DNA from: Candidatus Eiseniibacteriota bacterium
GTDB lineage: Bacteria; Eisenbacteria; RBG-16-71-46
Direction of reading: 5' to 3'
Length of the DNA stretch: 64,000 nt
Assembly: GCA_044222065.1 (NCBI GenBank)
Contig: JBGAOA010000002.1
Span: 1 to 64,000 of the forward strand
Part shown: piece by piece, positions 8,664 to 18,392 of the stretch
Layout of the letters: every line of letters begins with the position of its first letter
How positions within the stretch are numbered: position 1 is the stretch's first letter
The notes under the pieces: generated by a model
Databases searched by the model: none
What the model saw: only the letters and a program-made list of their open reading frames with translations
What the model was told of the DNA's origin: nothing
Translations under genes and position numbers: made by a program

Positions 8664-8717
8664 GGTCTCACTCTTACTCACCTCACGCAGGCGAGCCCCC
8701 GGCCACTCGACAGGGAC

Positions 8718-10034
8718 GTGAACCAGAGAACGGGCCACAAGCACACTTTCGCGTTCCGCCTGTACTACGGCGTTCTCGCGGCCAGCGCCGCGATGCTGCT
8801 GCTGTTCGGAACGCCCTGGGATTCGCCGCCTTCGCTCGCGCTGCTGCTCGGACTCGCGGCGCTCATGCTCGTCGCGGACCTGAACCCGGTGCGCCTCCCG
8901 AGCGGCGGGATCGCGACGGGCTCGGGCATCCTCGACCTTCCTGCGGTCGTGCTGTTCGGCCCCGCGTGGACCGCGTGGGTGAGCCTCCTCAGCACGGTGG
9001 TCACCGAGGGCTTCGTCGCGCGCCGGCCGACGGTTCGAGTCGTGCACAACCTCGGCTGCTACGCCGTCACGTACTTCGCGAGCGGCTGGGCGTTCCAGCG
9101 CGCGGGCGGGCGCTTCGGTGAACTGCGCTATCCCGACGACATCCCCGCGCTGCTCGCTTGCGGGCTGACGTACTTCCTCGCGAACTCCGTTCTCGTCTCG
9201 ACCGTGATCGGGCTCACGCAGGGCCCGGACCCGTGGCGCGTGTTCCAGAGCAACTTCCTGCGCGGGCTCTTCCACCACCTGTCGTTCGTCGCGCTCGGCA
9301 CGCTCGTCGCGGTCGTGTACTTCAGCACAGGACCGTGGGGCGTGATCCTCTTCGTGCTTCCGTACGTCGTCGCGCGCCACTCGTTCGCGCTCTTCATGGA
9401 GATCAAGTCCGACCTCAAGGACTTCGTGCGCGCGCTCACCGAAGTGCTCGAGGAAGTGGATCCCTACACGCGGCACCACTCCGTGCGCGTCGCGGAGTAC
9501 TCGGTTCGGCTCGGTCGCGGCCTCAAGCTGCCGGAGCACCACATCGAAGAGATCGAGTACGCGGCGCTCGTCCACGACCTCGGCAAGATCGCGCCCCAGC
9601 ACCAGCACATCCTCCAGAAGCCGGGCTCGCTGTCGCACGAGGAGCAGCGCACGCTTCGCGAGCATCCGGGGGCCGGGGCCGAGATCGTCGGCAAGGTGCG
9701 CGCGCTGCGGCGCGCGGCCGAGATCGTGCGCAGCCATCACGAGCGCCCCGACGGCAAGGGCTATCCGTACGGCCTGCGCTCCGAGGACGTGCCAGTCGGC
9801 GCGCGCATCCTGAACGTCGCCGACGCGTTCGACGCCATGACTTCGGACCGCCCGTACCGCCGCGCGTTGCCCGTGCCGGTCGCGATCGGCGAGCTGCAGC
9901 GAGGCGCCGGGACGCAGTTCGACCGCGCCGTCGTCGAGTGCCTCGTCGCGATGCACGGCGTCGGGCGGTTCCCGCTCATCCCGAGTCCGAGCAGCGAGGA
10001 CCTGCTCCACCTCCGCCTCCAGATGAGGGCGTGA
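8718..10034 (+). CDS. HD-GYP cyclic-dinucleotide phosphodiesterase with a multi-pass N-terminal membrane sensor (MASE9-like)
   Basis: About 7-8 hydrophobic segments, then DPYTRHHSVRV, LVHDLGKI, HHERPDGKGYPYGL and VADAFDAMTSDRPYR. Confidence 0.92.
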   Translation: MNQRTGHKHTFAFRLYYGVLAASAAMLLLFGTPWDSPPSLALLLGLAALMLVADLNPVRLPSGGIATGSGILDLPAVVLFGPAWTAWVSLLSTVVTEGFVARRPTVRVVHNLGCYAVTYFASGWAFQRAGGRFGELRYPDDIPALLACGLTYFLANSVLVSTVIGLTQGPDPWRVFQSNFLRGLFHHLSFVALGTLVAVVYFSTGPWGVILFVLPYVVARHSFALFMEIKSDLKDFVRALTEVLEEVDPYTRHHSVRVAEYSVRLGRGLKLPEHHIEEIEYAALVHDLGKIAPQHQHILQKPGSLSHEEQRTLREHPGAGAEIVGKVRALRRAAEIVRSHHERPDGKGYPYGLRSEDVPVGARILNVADAFDAMTSDRPYRRALPVPVAIGELQRGAGTQFDRAVVECLVAMHGVGRFPLIPSPSSEDLLHLRLQMRA

Positions 10035-11050
10035 TGCGCTACCGGGACGCGGGCGTCGACGTCGCGCGCGCCGATGCGCTCAAGGACGCGATCGGGCGCG
10101 CCGTGCGTTCGACGTGGCGCGATGACGTACGCCCGCTCGTCGGCGGATTCGCAGGCGTGATGCGCTTCCCGGGCGCGACGCCGCTGTTGGCGGCGACGAT
10201 GGACGGCGTCGGCACGAAGCTCCACGTCGCGCTCGCCGCCGGGCGCGTCGGCGATGCGGCGGCCGACCTCGTCTACCACGGGGCGAACGACCTGCTCGTT
10301 CACGGCGCGCGGCCGCTCGCGTTCCTCGACTACGTCGCGCAGTCGCGCCTCGACCCGGCGGTCGTGCTCGCGGTCGTGGAGGGGCTCGCGCGCGCCTGCC
10401 GCGAGGTCGGCGCGGTGCTGCTCGGCGGCGAGACGGCCGAGATGCCCGACACGTACCTCGACGGCGTCGTGGACGTGGCGGGCTGCATGCTCGGCGTCGC
10501 GGCGCCCGGCGCGCTGCTCGATGGCGCGCGGGTCCGGCCGGGCGACGTCGTGCTCGGCCTCGCCTCGGACGGGCTGCACACGAACGGCTTCTCGCTCGCG
10601 CGCCGCGTGCTCGCCGCGAGCGGCCTCGCGCTCTCGGATGCGCTGCCGGGCGGCGGCGGCGTGGCGGTCGGAGACGCGCTGCTCGCGCGCCATCGCGCGT
10701 ACGGCGCGGCGGTGTTCCCGGCGATCGAGCGCGGCGACCTGCACGCGCTCGCCCACGTGACCGGTGGCGGCATCGGGGGCAACCTCGTGCGCGTGCTGCC
10801 CGAGGGCGTGTGCGCGCGCGTGCGCGCCTCCGCGTGGGAGCGTCCGGCGCTGTTCCGCTGGCTCGTCCGCGCGGGCGACGTGCCCGAGGACGACGCGCGC
10901 GAAGCGCTCAACCTCGGGATCGGGCTCGTGGCGGTATGCGCGCCGTCCGTGGCGGACGCGCTCGCGCGCGAGTGGCGCGCCGCGGGCGAATCGGTGGCCG
11001 CGATCGGCGACGTCGTCGCTGGCGAGCGCGGCGTGGAGTGGATGACGTGA
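10034..11050 (+). CDS. purM: Phosphoribosylformylglycinamidine cyclo-ligase (AIR synthetase)
   Basis: [51 protein letters not shown] overlap with the HD-GYP gene. Confidence 0.95.
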   Translation: MRYRDAGVDVARADALKDAIGRAVRSTWRDDVRPLVGGFAGVMRFPGATPLLAATMDGVGTKLHVALAAGRVGDAAADLVYHGANDLLVHGARPLAFLDYVAQSRLDPAVVLAVVEGLARACREVGAVLLGGETAEMPDTYLDGVVDVAGCMLGVAAPGALLDGARVRPGDVVLGLASDGLHTNGFSLARRVLAASGLALSDALPGGGGVAVGDALLARHRAYGAAVFPAIERGDLHALAHVTGGGIGGNLVRVLPEGVCARVRASAWERPALFRWLVRAGDVPEDDAREALNLGIGLVAVCAPSVADALAREWRAAGESVAAIGDVVAGERGVEWMT

Positions 11051-11090
11051 ACGTCCCCCGGGTGGCGGTGGTGCGGAGGAGGAGCAGGGG

Positions 11091-12090
11091 ATGGAACGAA
11101 CGAAACACCGGGAGGTTCAGGCCCCCGAACTGATCGGCGAGTCGCCGGCGTGGATCGAGGTGCGCGGCCAGCTCGCGCGCGTCGCGGCGAGCGGACTGCC
11201 GGTGCTGTTGCTCGGCGAAACCGGCACGGGCAAGGAACTCGTCGCGAGAGCGATCCACGCGTTCTCGCCGCGGCGCACGCACGGCTTCGTCGCGCACAAC
11301 TGCGGCGCGACGCCGGACACGCTGATCGAGAGCGAACTGTTCGGACACAGCCGCGGCGCCTTCACCGGTGCCGTCGCGGATCGCGAGGGGCTGTTCGAGG
11401 CCGCCGACGGCGGCACGATCTTCCTCGACGAGATCGGCGATGCGAGCCCGCTGCTGCAGATGAAGCTGCTGCGCGTGCTGCAGGAGGGCGAGGCGAGGCG
11501 CGTCGGCGACACGCGGCTCCGGCGCATCGACGTGCGCGTCGTGTCGGCGACCCACCGGCCGCTCGACGAGCACGTCACGGCCTCCGGTTTCCGCGCCGAC
11601 CTCTACTACCGCCTGAACGCCGTCGTGCTGCGGCTGCCGCCGCTCCGCGAACGCAGGGCGCGACGCGCTGCTGCTCGCGCACGTTCCTCGCGCGCGCGCC
11701 GCCAGCGCAGGGCGACGCGCGCCGTCGCTCGACGACGGGCTCGCGGAGCACGTGCTGCGCTATCACTGGCCCGGCAACGTTCGCGAGCGCGCGAACGCGT
11801 GCGCCGTCGCGGTGCGCGGCGCGGGCGCGCGAGGCGTCGTGACGCTCGAACACTGGCCGCCGCCGAGCCTCGCGGGCGCCGCGGCCGAACGCGGGCTCCA
11901 CGGCGAGACGCGCGCGCTCGAGGAGCGCCGGCTGACGGAGGCGCTGCGTCGTTCGCGCGGAAACAAGTCGGCCGCGGCGCGCGCGCTCGGACTCTCGCGG
12001 CAGGGATTGCTCAAGAAGCTCCGTCGCTACGGGCTCGAATGCGAAGACGACGCGGCCGCGAACCTTGACCCGGTCGGAACCGGTCCCTAG
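11091..12090 (+). CDS. Sigma54-dependent Fis-family activator without an N-terminal sensor domain; frameshifted near 11655-11750
   Basis: [39 protein letters not shown]; the WPGNVRE and HTH ([14 protein letters not shown]) segments are in the 11752-12090 frame. Confidence 0.85.
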
Positions 12091-12093
12091 ACT
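12065..12093 (+). promoter_or_regulatory. Putative sigma70 promoter
   Basis: TTGACC-N17-TAGACT upstream of the Gfo/Idh/MocA gene. Confidence 0.55.
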
Positions 12094-12131
12094 GCGCCGC
12101 CGATTCCACCACCACACGAAAGGGAGCGAGC

Positions 12132-13145
12132 GTGGCGCGTAAGGACCTGCGTATCGGCCTCGTGGGCGTCGGGGCGGCCGCCCAGATCAATCACATCCCC
12201 GCGCTCAAGCGCACCGAAGGCGTGGAACTCGTCGCGCTCGTGGACCGCGATCCCGAGAAGGCGGCGCGCGTCGCCCAGAAGTTCGGAGTGCCGAAGGTGC
12301 ACGCGCGCGTGGACGACCTGCTCGCCGACGACGAGATCGACGCGGTGGACGTGCTGACGCCGAACTTCCTGCACGCTCCGGTGTCCATCGCGGCGCTCGA
12401 GGCGGGCAAGCACGTGCTGTGCGAGCGACCGCTCGCGCGCAGCGCCGAGGAAGCGGTCGCGATGCAGAAGGCCGCGAAGAAGGCCGACCGCCTCCTCATG
12501 TGCTGCGTGCAGCACCGCTTCCGCCCGGACGCGCAGCTGCTCCGGCGCTTCGTCGAGAAGGGCGACCTCGGCTCCGTGTTCTACGCGAAGGCCGGCTGGC
12601 TGCGGCTCAAGACCGAGTGGGACTCGGACGAGTGGCGCGCGCAGAAGCGCGCCTCGGGCGGCGGCGTCGTGATCGACCTCGGCTTCCAGATGCTCGACCT
12701 GTCGCTCTGGATCCTGGGCGGGAAGAAGGTGGAGTCGGTCACGGCGAGCGTCCATCGCGCGAAGAAGGGCGAAGTCGAGGACAGCGCGACCGCGTTCTTC
12801 CGGCTCGAGGACGGCTGCACGCTGACGCTCGAGCTGACGTGGGGCCTGCTCATGGAGAAGGACTTCGCGTACGTGAACCTGTTCGGCTCGGGCGGCGCGG
12901 CTCTGCTCAATCCGTTCCGCGTGCACAAGGGCATGCACGGTTCGCTCGTGAACGTGACGCCGACGCTCGAGACGCCGCGCAACATGTACAAGCAGTCCAT
13001 CGAATCGCAGATCTCGCACTTCGCGGACGTGCTGCGCCGCGGCGCGAAGCCGATGGGGCTCGCGGACGAGATCGTGCCGGTGATGGAGCTGCTCGACGCG
13101 GTCTACCGCTCCGCCGAACAGGGCAAGGAAGTCCGCGTCGGCTGA
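12132..13145 (+). CDS. Gfo/Idh/MocA-family NAD(P)-dependent oxidoreductase
   Basis: RIGLVGVG Rossmann start, TPNFLH, GKHVLCERP, SGGGVVIDLG. Confidence 0.9.
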   Translation: MARKDLRIGLVGVGAAAQINHIPALKRTEGVELVALVDRDPEKAARVAQKFGVPKVHARVDDLLADDEIDAVDVLTPNFLHAPVSIAALEAGKHVLCERPLARSAEEAVAMQKAAKKADRLLMCCVQHRFRPDAQLLRRFVEKGDLGSVFYAKAGWLRLKTEWDSDEWRAQKRASGGGVVIDLGFQMLDLSLWILGGKKVESVTASVHRAKKGEVEDSATAFFRLEDGCTLTLELTWGLLMEKDFAYVNLFGSGGAALLNPFRVHKGMHGSLVNVTPTLETPRNMYKQSIESQISHFADVLRRGAKPMGLADEIVPVMELLDAVYRSAEQGKEVRVG

Positions 13146-13173
13146 CGGGCCGGCGCGGCTTCGGGGCATCCGC

Positions 13174-14703
13174 GTGAGTCGGGGAGGGCCCGGAGCCGCG
13201 CGGCCCGTCGCGTCGTTCGGCGCCGGCCTCGCGCTCGCGGTCCCGTTCCTCGTTCCGGCGCTCGCGTTCGTCGCGTGGGCCGCGTACGTCCCGCTGCTGG
13301 ACGCCCTCGAGGAGCGCGTGCGCACGGGCGGGGGACCGCGCGCCTGGTTCGGCGCGGGCTACCGCTTCGGCCTCGCGTTCTTCCTCGTCTCGGTGCACTG
13401 GATCGCGCGGCTCTCGGACGTCGCGATCTCGATCCCGTGGCTCAAGTACCCCGCGTGGCTCGCCGGCGCCGCGTACCTCGCGCTGTTCCCGGGGCTCGTG
13501 ACGCTCGCCGCGGGCGCGCTGCGCGCGCGCGGCCGGGTGCCGCTCGCCGCGGGCTTCCCGCTCGCGCTCGTCGCGGTCGAATCCCTGCGCGGCGCCGGGG
13601 AGCTCGGCTTCCCGTGGTTCCAGCCCGGCTACTCGCAGGCCGCGTACGGCCCGGTGCTGCAGCTCGCCTCGCTCGGCGGCGTGACGCTGCTCACGGCCTG
13701 GGTCGCGTTCGTGAACGTGCTCGCGTGGCGCGCGCTCGCGGGCCGGCGGCGCGGGCTCGCGCGCGCGGGGCTGGGCCTGCTGGTCGCGTTCCCGTTCGCC
13801 TGGGGCACGTACGCCGTGCCGCGGGCGCCGCGCGCCGCGGGCGCGCCCGTCGCGCTCGTGCAGGGGAACATCGCGGGCGAGATCAAGTGGGCGGGCACGC
13901 ACCAGCGCGAGATCCTCGCGACGTTCCTGCGGCTCTCGGGCGAGGCGCTCGCGGCGTCGCCGCGTCCGACGTTGCTCGTGTGGCCCGAGACCGCCACGGG
14001 CAGCTACCTGCGCCGCCAGCCCGACCAGGCGATCGAGGTCGAGCGCTTCGCGCGCGACTCGGGCGTGCCGGTGTTCACGGGATACGCCGACTACGAGTTC
14101 GATGCGAACGGCAAGCCGCGCACGTACAACGCGGCCGGACTGTTCGGCGCCGGCGTGCCCGAGCGTTACGCGAAGCGCCACCTCGTGCCGTTCGGCGAGC
14201 GCATGCCGTTCCAGCACTGGCTGCCGTTCCTCGGCAAGCTCGAGCTCGGGCAAGCGGAATGGACGCCCGGCGACCGGCCGGTGCTGTTCCCGAGCGCGGC
14301 GGGGCCGTTCGGCTGCCTCGTGTGCTTCGAGTCCATCTTCCCCGACCTCGCGCGGCGCGACGTGCTGCGCGGCGCGACGTGGATCGCGATCGTGACGAAC
14401 GACGAGTGGTTCGGCGAGAGCGTCGCGATCCCGCAGCACGCGGCGATGGCGCGCGTGCGCGCGGTCGAGAACCGCGTCGCGATCGCGCGCTGCGCGAACA
14501 CCGGGCTCACCGAGGTGATCGACCCGTGGGGCCGGGTCACGGCGAAGGCGGCGCCGTTCCGCGCCGAGGTGCTGCACGGCACGCTGGTTCCGCCCGGACC
14601 CCGCACGCCGTTCACGCGCTTCGGCGACTGGCCCGCGATCGCCGCCGTCGCCGCGCTCGCGTTGTTGCTGGTCCGCACCGTGCTGTTCGGCCGCGCCCGT
14701 TGA
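13174..14703 (+). CDS. lnt: Apolipoprotein N-acyltransferase
   Basis: Transmembrane N-half, GFPW, VQGNI, WPETA, KRHLVPFGE, VCFESIF, TNDEWFG, RCANTG. Confidence 0.95.
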   Translation: MSRGGPGAARPVASFGAGLALAVPFLVPALAFVAWAAYVPLLDALEERVRTGGGPRAWFGAGYRFGLAFFLVSVHWIARLSDVAISIPWLKYPAWLAGAAYLALFPGLVTLAAGALRARGRVPLAAGFPLALVAVESLRGAGELGFPWFQPGYSQAAYGPVLQLASLGGVTLLTAWVAFVNVLAWRALAGRRRGLARAGLGLLVAFPFAWGTYAVPRAPRAAGAPVALVQGNIAGEIKWAGTHQREILATFLRLSGEALAASPRPTLLVWPETATGSYLRRQPDQAIEVERFARDSGVPVFTGYADYEFDANGKPRTYNAAGLFGAGVPERYAKRHLVPFGERMPFQHWLPFLGKLELGQAEWTPGDRPVLFPSAAGPFGCLVCFESIFPDLARRDVLRGATWIAIVTNDEWFGESVAIPQHAAMARVRAVENRVAIARCANTGLTEVIDPWGRVTAKAAPFRAEVLHGTLVPPGPRTPFTRFGDWPAIAAVAALALLLVRTVLFGRAR

Positions 14704-14729
14704 CACTCTTCGGGCCCGGTTCGTAGAGT
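14700..14729 (+). promoter_or_regulatory. Putative sigma70 promoter for the asd operon
   Basis: TTGACA-N18-TAGAGT. Confidence 0.55.
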
Positions 14730-14801
14730 GCCGCCTCACCGGTTCGCCGCCCTCTCCTTCGCACGGGAGCCCGACGAAGTGCCCCAGCACGGGACGCATC
14801 G

Positions 14802-15809
14802 ATGACCCGGCGTGTCGCCCTCCTCGGCGCCACCGGCCTCGTCGGACGCACCATGCTGCGGCTGCTCGAGCCGCGCGGCTGGTGCGATGACGCGCCGCGC
14901 CTGCTCGCGAGCGAAGGCGGCCGGACGCTCGAATTCCGCGGTCGCTCGCTGCCCGTCGAAGCGGTCTCGCCGCACGCGTTCGAGGGCGCGGACCTCGCGC
15001 TGTTCGCCGTCGCGAATCCGCTCGCGCTCGAGTGGGCGAAGGTCGCCGTCGCCTCGGGCGCGCTCGTCGTGGACAACAGCAGCGCGCACCGCTACGACCC
15101 CGACGTGCCGCTCGTCGTGCCCGAGGTGAACGGCGCGCTGCTCGACGCGCGTCCGCGGCTCGTCGCGAATCCGAACTGCTCGACCGCCGCGATCGTCGTC
15201 GCGCGCGCGCCGCCCGCGCGCGCGGCGCGGCTCGAGCGCGTCGTCGTCTCCACGTACCAGTCGGTGAGCGGCGCCGGCTCCGACGCGCTCGAGGACCTCG
15301 AGTCCGGCATCCGCGCCGGGCTCGAAGGCGATCCGCCTCAGCGCGCGGGCGGGCTCGCGCCGTTCGCGTACAACGTCGTGCCGCACATCGACCGCTTCGA
15401 GCCGAACGGCTACACGCGCGAAGAGATGAAGGTCGTGTGGGAGACGCGCAAGATTCTCGGCCTGCCCGAGCTTCCCCTCACGGCGACGGCCGTGCGCGTG
15501 CCGGTGCGCGTCGGACACTCCGCGGCGGTGAACGCGCAGTTCGACCGCGTGCTCGGGCCCGACGAAGCGCGGCGCCTGTGGCGCGCGTTTCCGGCGCTCG
15601 AGGTCGTGGACGATCCGGCCGCGCTCCGCTACCCGACGCCGCTCGCCGCGGCGGGCCGCGACCCGGTGCTCGTCGGCCGCGCGCGCGCCGACGTGTCGCA
15701 CCCGCGCGCCCTCGAGTTCTTCGTGAGTTCGGACAACCTGCTCAAGGGGGCGGCGCTCAACGCCGTGCAGATCGCCGAGCGCCTGTGCCCGGAGGCGAGC
15801 CGCGCATGA
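14802..15809 (+). CDS. asd: Aspartate-semialdehyde dehydrogenase
   Basis: GATGLVG, DNSSAHR, VPEVN, ANPNCST, STYQSVSGAG, VRVPVRVGHS, DNLLKGAALNAVQIAE. Confidence 0.96.
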   Translation: MTRRVALLGATGLVGRTMLRLLEPRGWCDDAPRLLASEGGRTLEFRGRSLPVEAVSPHAFEGADLALFAVANPLALEWAKVAVASGALVVDNSSAHRYDPDVPLVVPEVNGALLDARPRLVANPNCSTAAIVVARAPPARAARLERVVVSTYQSVSGAGSDALEDLESGIRAGLEGDPPQRAGGLAPFAYNVVPHIDRFEPNGYTREEMKVVWETRKILGLPELPLTATAVRVPVRVGHSAAVNAQFDRVLGPDEARRLWRAFPALEVVDDPAALRYPTPLAAAGRDPVLVGRARADVSHPRALEFFVSSDNLLKGAALNAVQIAERLCPEASRA

Positions 15810-16537
15810 CCGGCGCCGGCGGTGCGCGCGCCCATCCGCCGATCGTGCTCGGCGCGCTCGCCGGCGGCATGGTCGCCGGCCGGGCCGAAACCGTGCTCGG
15901 CTGCCTCGCCGTCGCGACGGCCGGCGCGCTCGCGAGCGGTGCGCGGCCCGATGCGCGCGCGCTCGGGCGGCTGTTCGCGGTCGCGGCGTTCGCGTTCGCG
16001 CTCAACCTGTGGCTCGTGCGCGGCACGCCGTGGCCCGCGGCGTCGTTCGGCCCGCTGCACGCGACGCGCGAGGGCGCGGCGCTCGGCGCGATCATGGCCG
16101 GGCGGCTCGTCACGGCGGCGGCGGCGATCGCGGCACTCAGGCGCCTGTGGCCGGGCGAGCGCGCCGCGGAGGAGGTCACGCAGCTGCTGATGCCGTTGCG
16201 CCGGCTCGGCGTTCCGGTGCTCGAAGCGCGCGCCGTGTTCGCGCTCGCGCTGCGCTTCGCGCCGCTCGTCGCCGAGGAGACGCGCCGCATCGCGCGCCAG
16301 CAGGACCTGCGCGCGGGACGCCCCGCCGCTTTGCCCGGCGAGCGCGTCCAGCGGTGGCGCGCGCGGCTCGTGCCCGCGCTCGCCTCGGCGCTCGAGCGCG
16401 CGGAAGCGGTCGCGCTCGCGCTCGAGGCGCGCTTCGACCGCGTCCGGCCGCTGCCCGCGTCGGCGCCCGCGCCGTGGGCCTCGGTCGCGGCGGGATGGCT
16501 GCTCGCGGGGGGCGCGGCGTTGTGGCGAGCGCGTTGA
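15806..16537 (+). CDS. Energy-coupling factor transporter transmembrane component (EcfT/CbiQ family)
   Basis: Transmembrane helices plus ALRFAPLVAEETRRIARQQDLR and LERAEAVALALEAR (the two Arg motifs). Confidence 0.8.
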   Translation: MTGAGGARAHPPIVLGALAGGMVAGRAETVLGCLAVATAGALASGARPDARALGRLFAVAAFAFALNLWLVRGTPWPAASFGPLHATREGAALGAIMAGRLVTAAAAIAALRRLWPGERAAEEVTQLLMPLRRLGVPVLEARAVFALALRFAPLVAEETRRIARQQDLRAGRPAALPGERVQRWRARLVPALASALERAEAVALALEARFDRVRPLPASAPAPWASVAAGWLLAGGAALWRAR

Positions 16538-17232
16538 AGACGTTCCGGCTCGTGATCGGCTACGACGGTACGGAGTTCCACGGCTGGCAGGTGCAACCGG
16601 GGGCGCGAACGGTGCAGGGAGAGATCGAACGCGTGTTGCAGGAACTGCTGCAGCTCGAGTCGCTCAGGATCCACGGCGCGGGCCGCACCGACGCCGGCGT
16701 GCACGCGCGCGGGCAGGTCGCGTCGTTCGAGTGCGAGACGGCGCTGCCGGCCGCGGCGATCGCGGCCGAGGCCCCCGCGGGGTACCAGGCGGGCCTTTCG
16801 GCGCGCGCGCGCTGCTACGCGTACCGCCTGCTCGAGCGCGACGACGTGCCGTGGCGGCGCTTCGCGTGGCGCCCGGCGCTGCGCTGGGACGCGGGCGGGC
16901 TCGCGCGCGCGACCGAGGCGCTCGAGGGCGAGCACGACTTCGCCGCGTTCGAATCCACGGGCTCTTCCGAGACGGTCACGCGCTGCGCGCTCCGGCGCGC
17001 GCGCTGGTCCGGCTGGGAGGGCGGGCTGCGCTTCGACGTCGAGGCGGACCACTTCCTCTATCACATGGTGCGGAACATCGTCGGCACCGCGCTGCAGCGC
17101 TCGTGCGATCCCGACCCCGCGGCCGCGATGCGCGACATCCTCGCGAGTGGCGACCGGCGGCGCGCGGGGCTCACCGCGCCCGCGTGCGGGCTGACGTTGG
17201 AACGGGTCGTCTATCCGGAGGACGCGTCGTGA
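16522..17232 (+). CDS. truA: tRNA pseudouridine(38-40) synthase; possible internal deletion near 16760
   Basis: IGYDGTEFHGWQ, AGRTDAGVHA, FLYHMVRNIVG, TAPACGL. Confidence 0.93.
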   Translation: MASALKTFRLVIGYDGTEFHGWQVQPGARTVQGEIERVLQELLQLESLRIHGAGRTDAGVHARGQVASFECETALPAAAIAAEAPAGYQAGLSARARCYAYRLLERDDVPWRRFAWRPALRWDAGGLARATEALEGEHDFAAFESTGSSETVTRCALRRARWSGWEGGLRFDVEADHFLYHMVRNIVGTALQRSCDPDPAAAMRDILASGDRRRAGLTAPACGLTLERVVYPEDAS

Positions 17233-18392
17233 GCATCAGGACCAAGATTTCGATCGGATTCGGCCTCGGGCTCGCGCTCGGCGTCGCGCTCGCGGGTCTC
17301 GCGTCGCGCTCGAACGCGGCGCGCGCCGCCTCGACCACGGCCTCGAAGTCGGTCTCGATCCCCGAATCGCGCCGCACGGCGATCGTCACCGCGGCACAGC
17401 GCGTGAGCCCCGCGGTCGTCACCGTGAGCGTCGTCCAGACCCGGGTCGTTCGCACCGATCCGTTCGGCGGAATGTTCCACGACGAGTTCTTCGACCGCTT
17501 CTTCCCGCCGAGCGAGTACCGCCAGCGCGTCTCGGGGCTCGGCTCGGGCGTCATCGTGGACGACGACGGCACCGTGCTGACGAACGAGCACGTCGTGCGC
17601 GACGCGGAGAAGATCACGGTGTCGCTCCCCGACGGCCGGCAGTTCCCGGCAAAGCTGCTCGGGGCGACCGCGACCTACGACCTCGCGGTGCTGAAGGTGG
17701 ACGCTCCCGGCCTGCCGGCGGCGCCGCTCGGCGACAGCGATGCGCTCGTCGTGGGCGAGTGGGCGATCGCGATCGGAAATCCGTTCGGCTACCTGCTCAA
17801 CGACTCGCAGCCGACCGTCACCGCCGGCGTCGTGAGCGCGACGCGCCGCGACATCAAGTCGGAGGCGACCGACAGCGGCATGTACAAGAACATGATCCAG
17901 ACCGATGCGGCCATCAATCCGGGCAACAGCGGCGGCCCGCTCGTGAACGGCGACGGCGAGGTGATCGGGGTCAACACGTTCATCTTCACGCGCGGCGGCG
18001 GTTCGATCGGACTCGGCTTCGCGATCCCGATCAACCTCGCGCGCCGCGTGCTCGACGAGATCCGGCGCTACGGGCGCGTGCGCGTCGCCTACCCCGGCAT
18101 GCAGGTGCAGCAGGTGGACGAGGCCCTCGCCGCGCGCCTCGGCTGGAAGGAGGCGGGCGGGCTCGTCGTGACGCGCGTGGACGCGAACGGACCCGCGGGC
18201 CGCGCGGGCCTCAAGGTCGAGGACCGGATCCGCTCGGTGAACGGGCAGAAGATCGTGACGCTCGAGGACGCCCAGCGCGGCATCTACGGCGCCGGCGTCG
18301 GAGACGACGTCACGCTCGGTGTCGAGCGCGACGGGCGCACGCTGACGCTGCGCTTCACGCTCGCCGAAGCGCCGGGGGGCCCGCGACCGTGA
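17229..18392 (+). CDS. HtrA/DegP-family serine protease with one PDZ domain
   Basis: N-terminal anchor, GSGVI, TNEHVV, QTDAAINPGNSGGPL, C-terminal PDZ. Confidence 0.93.
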   Translation: MSIRTKISIGFGLGLALGVALAGLASRSNAARAASTTASKSVSIPESRRTAIVTAAQRVSPAVVTVSVVQTRVVRTDPFGGMFHDEFFDRFFPPSEYRQRVSGLGSGVIVDDDGTVLTNEHVVRDAEKITVSLPDGRQFPAKLLGATATYDLAVLKVDAPGLPAAPLGDSDALVVGEWAIAIGNPFGYLLNDSQPTVTAGVVSATRRDIKSEATDSGMYKNMIQTDAAINPGNSGGPLVNGDGEVIGVNTFIFTRGGGSIGLGFAIPINLARRVLDEIRRYGRVRVAYPGMQVQQVDEALAARLGWKEAGGLVVTRVDANGPAGRAGLKVEDRIRSVNGQKIVTLEDAQRGIYGAGVGDDVTLGVERDGRTLTLRFTLAEAPGGPRP

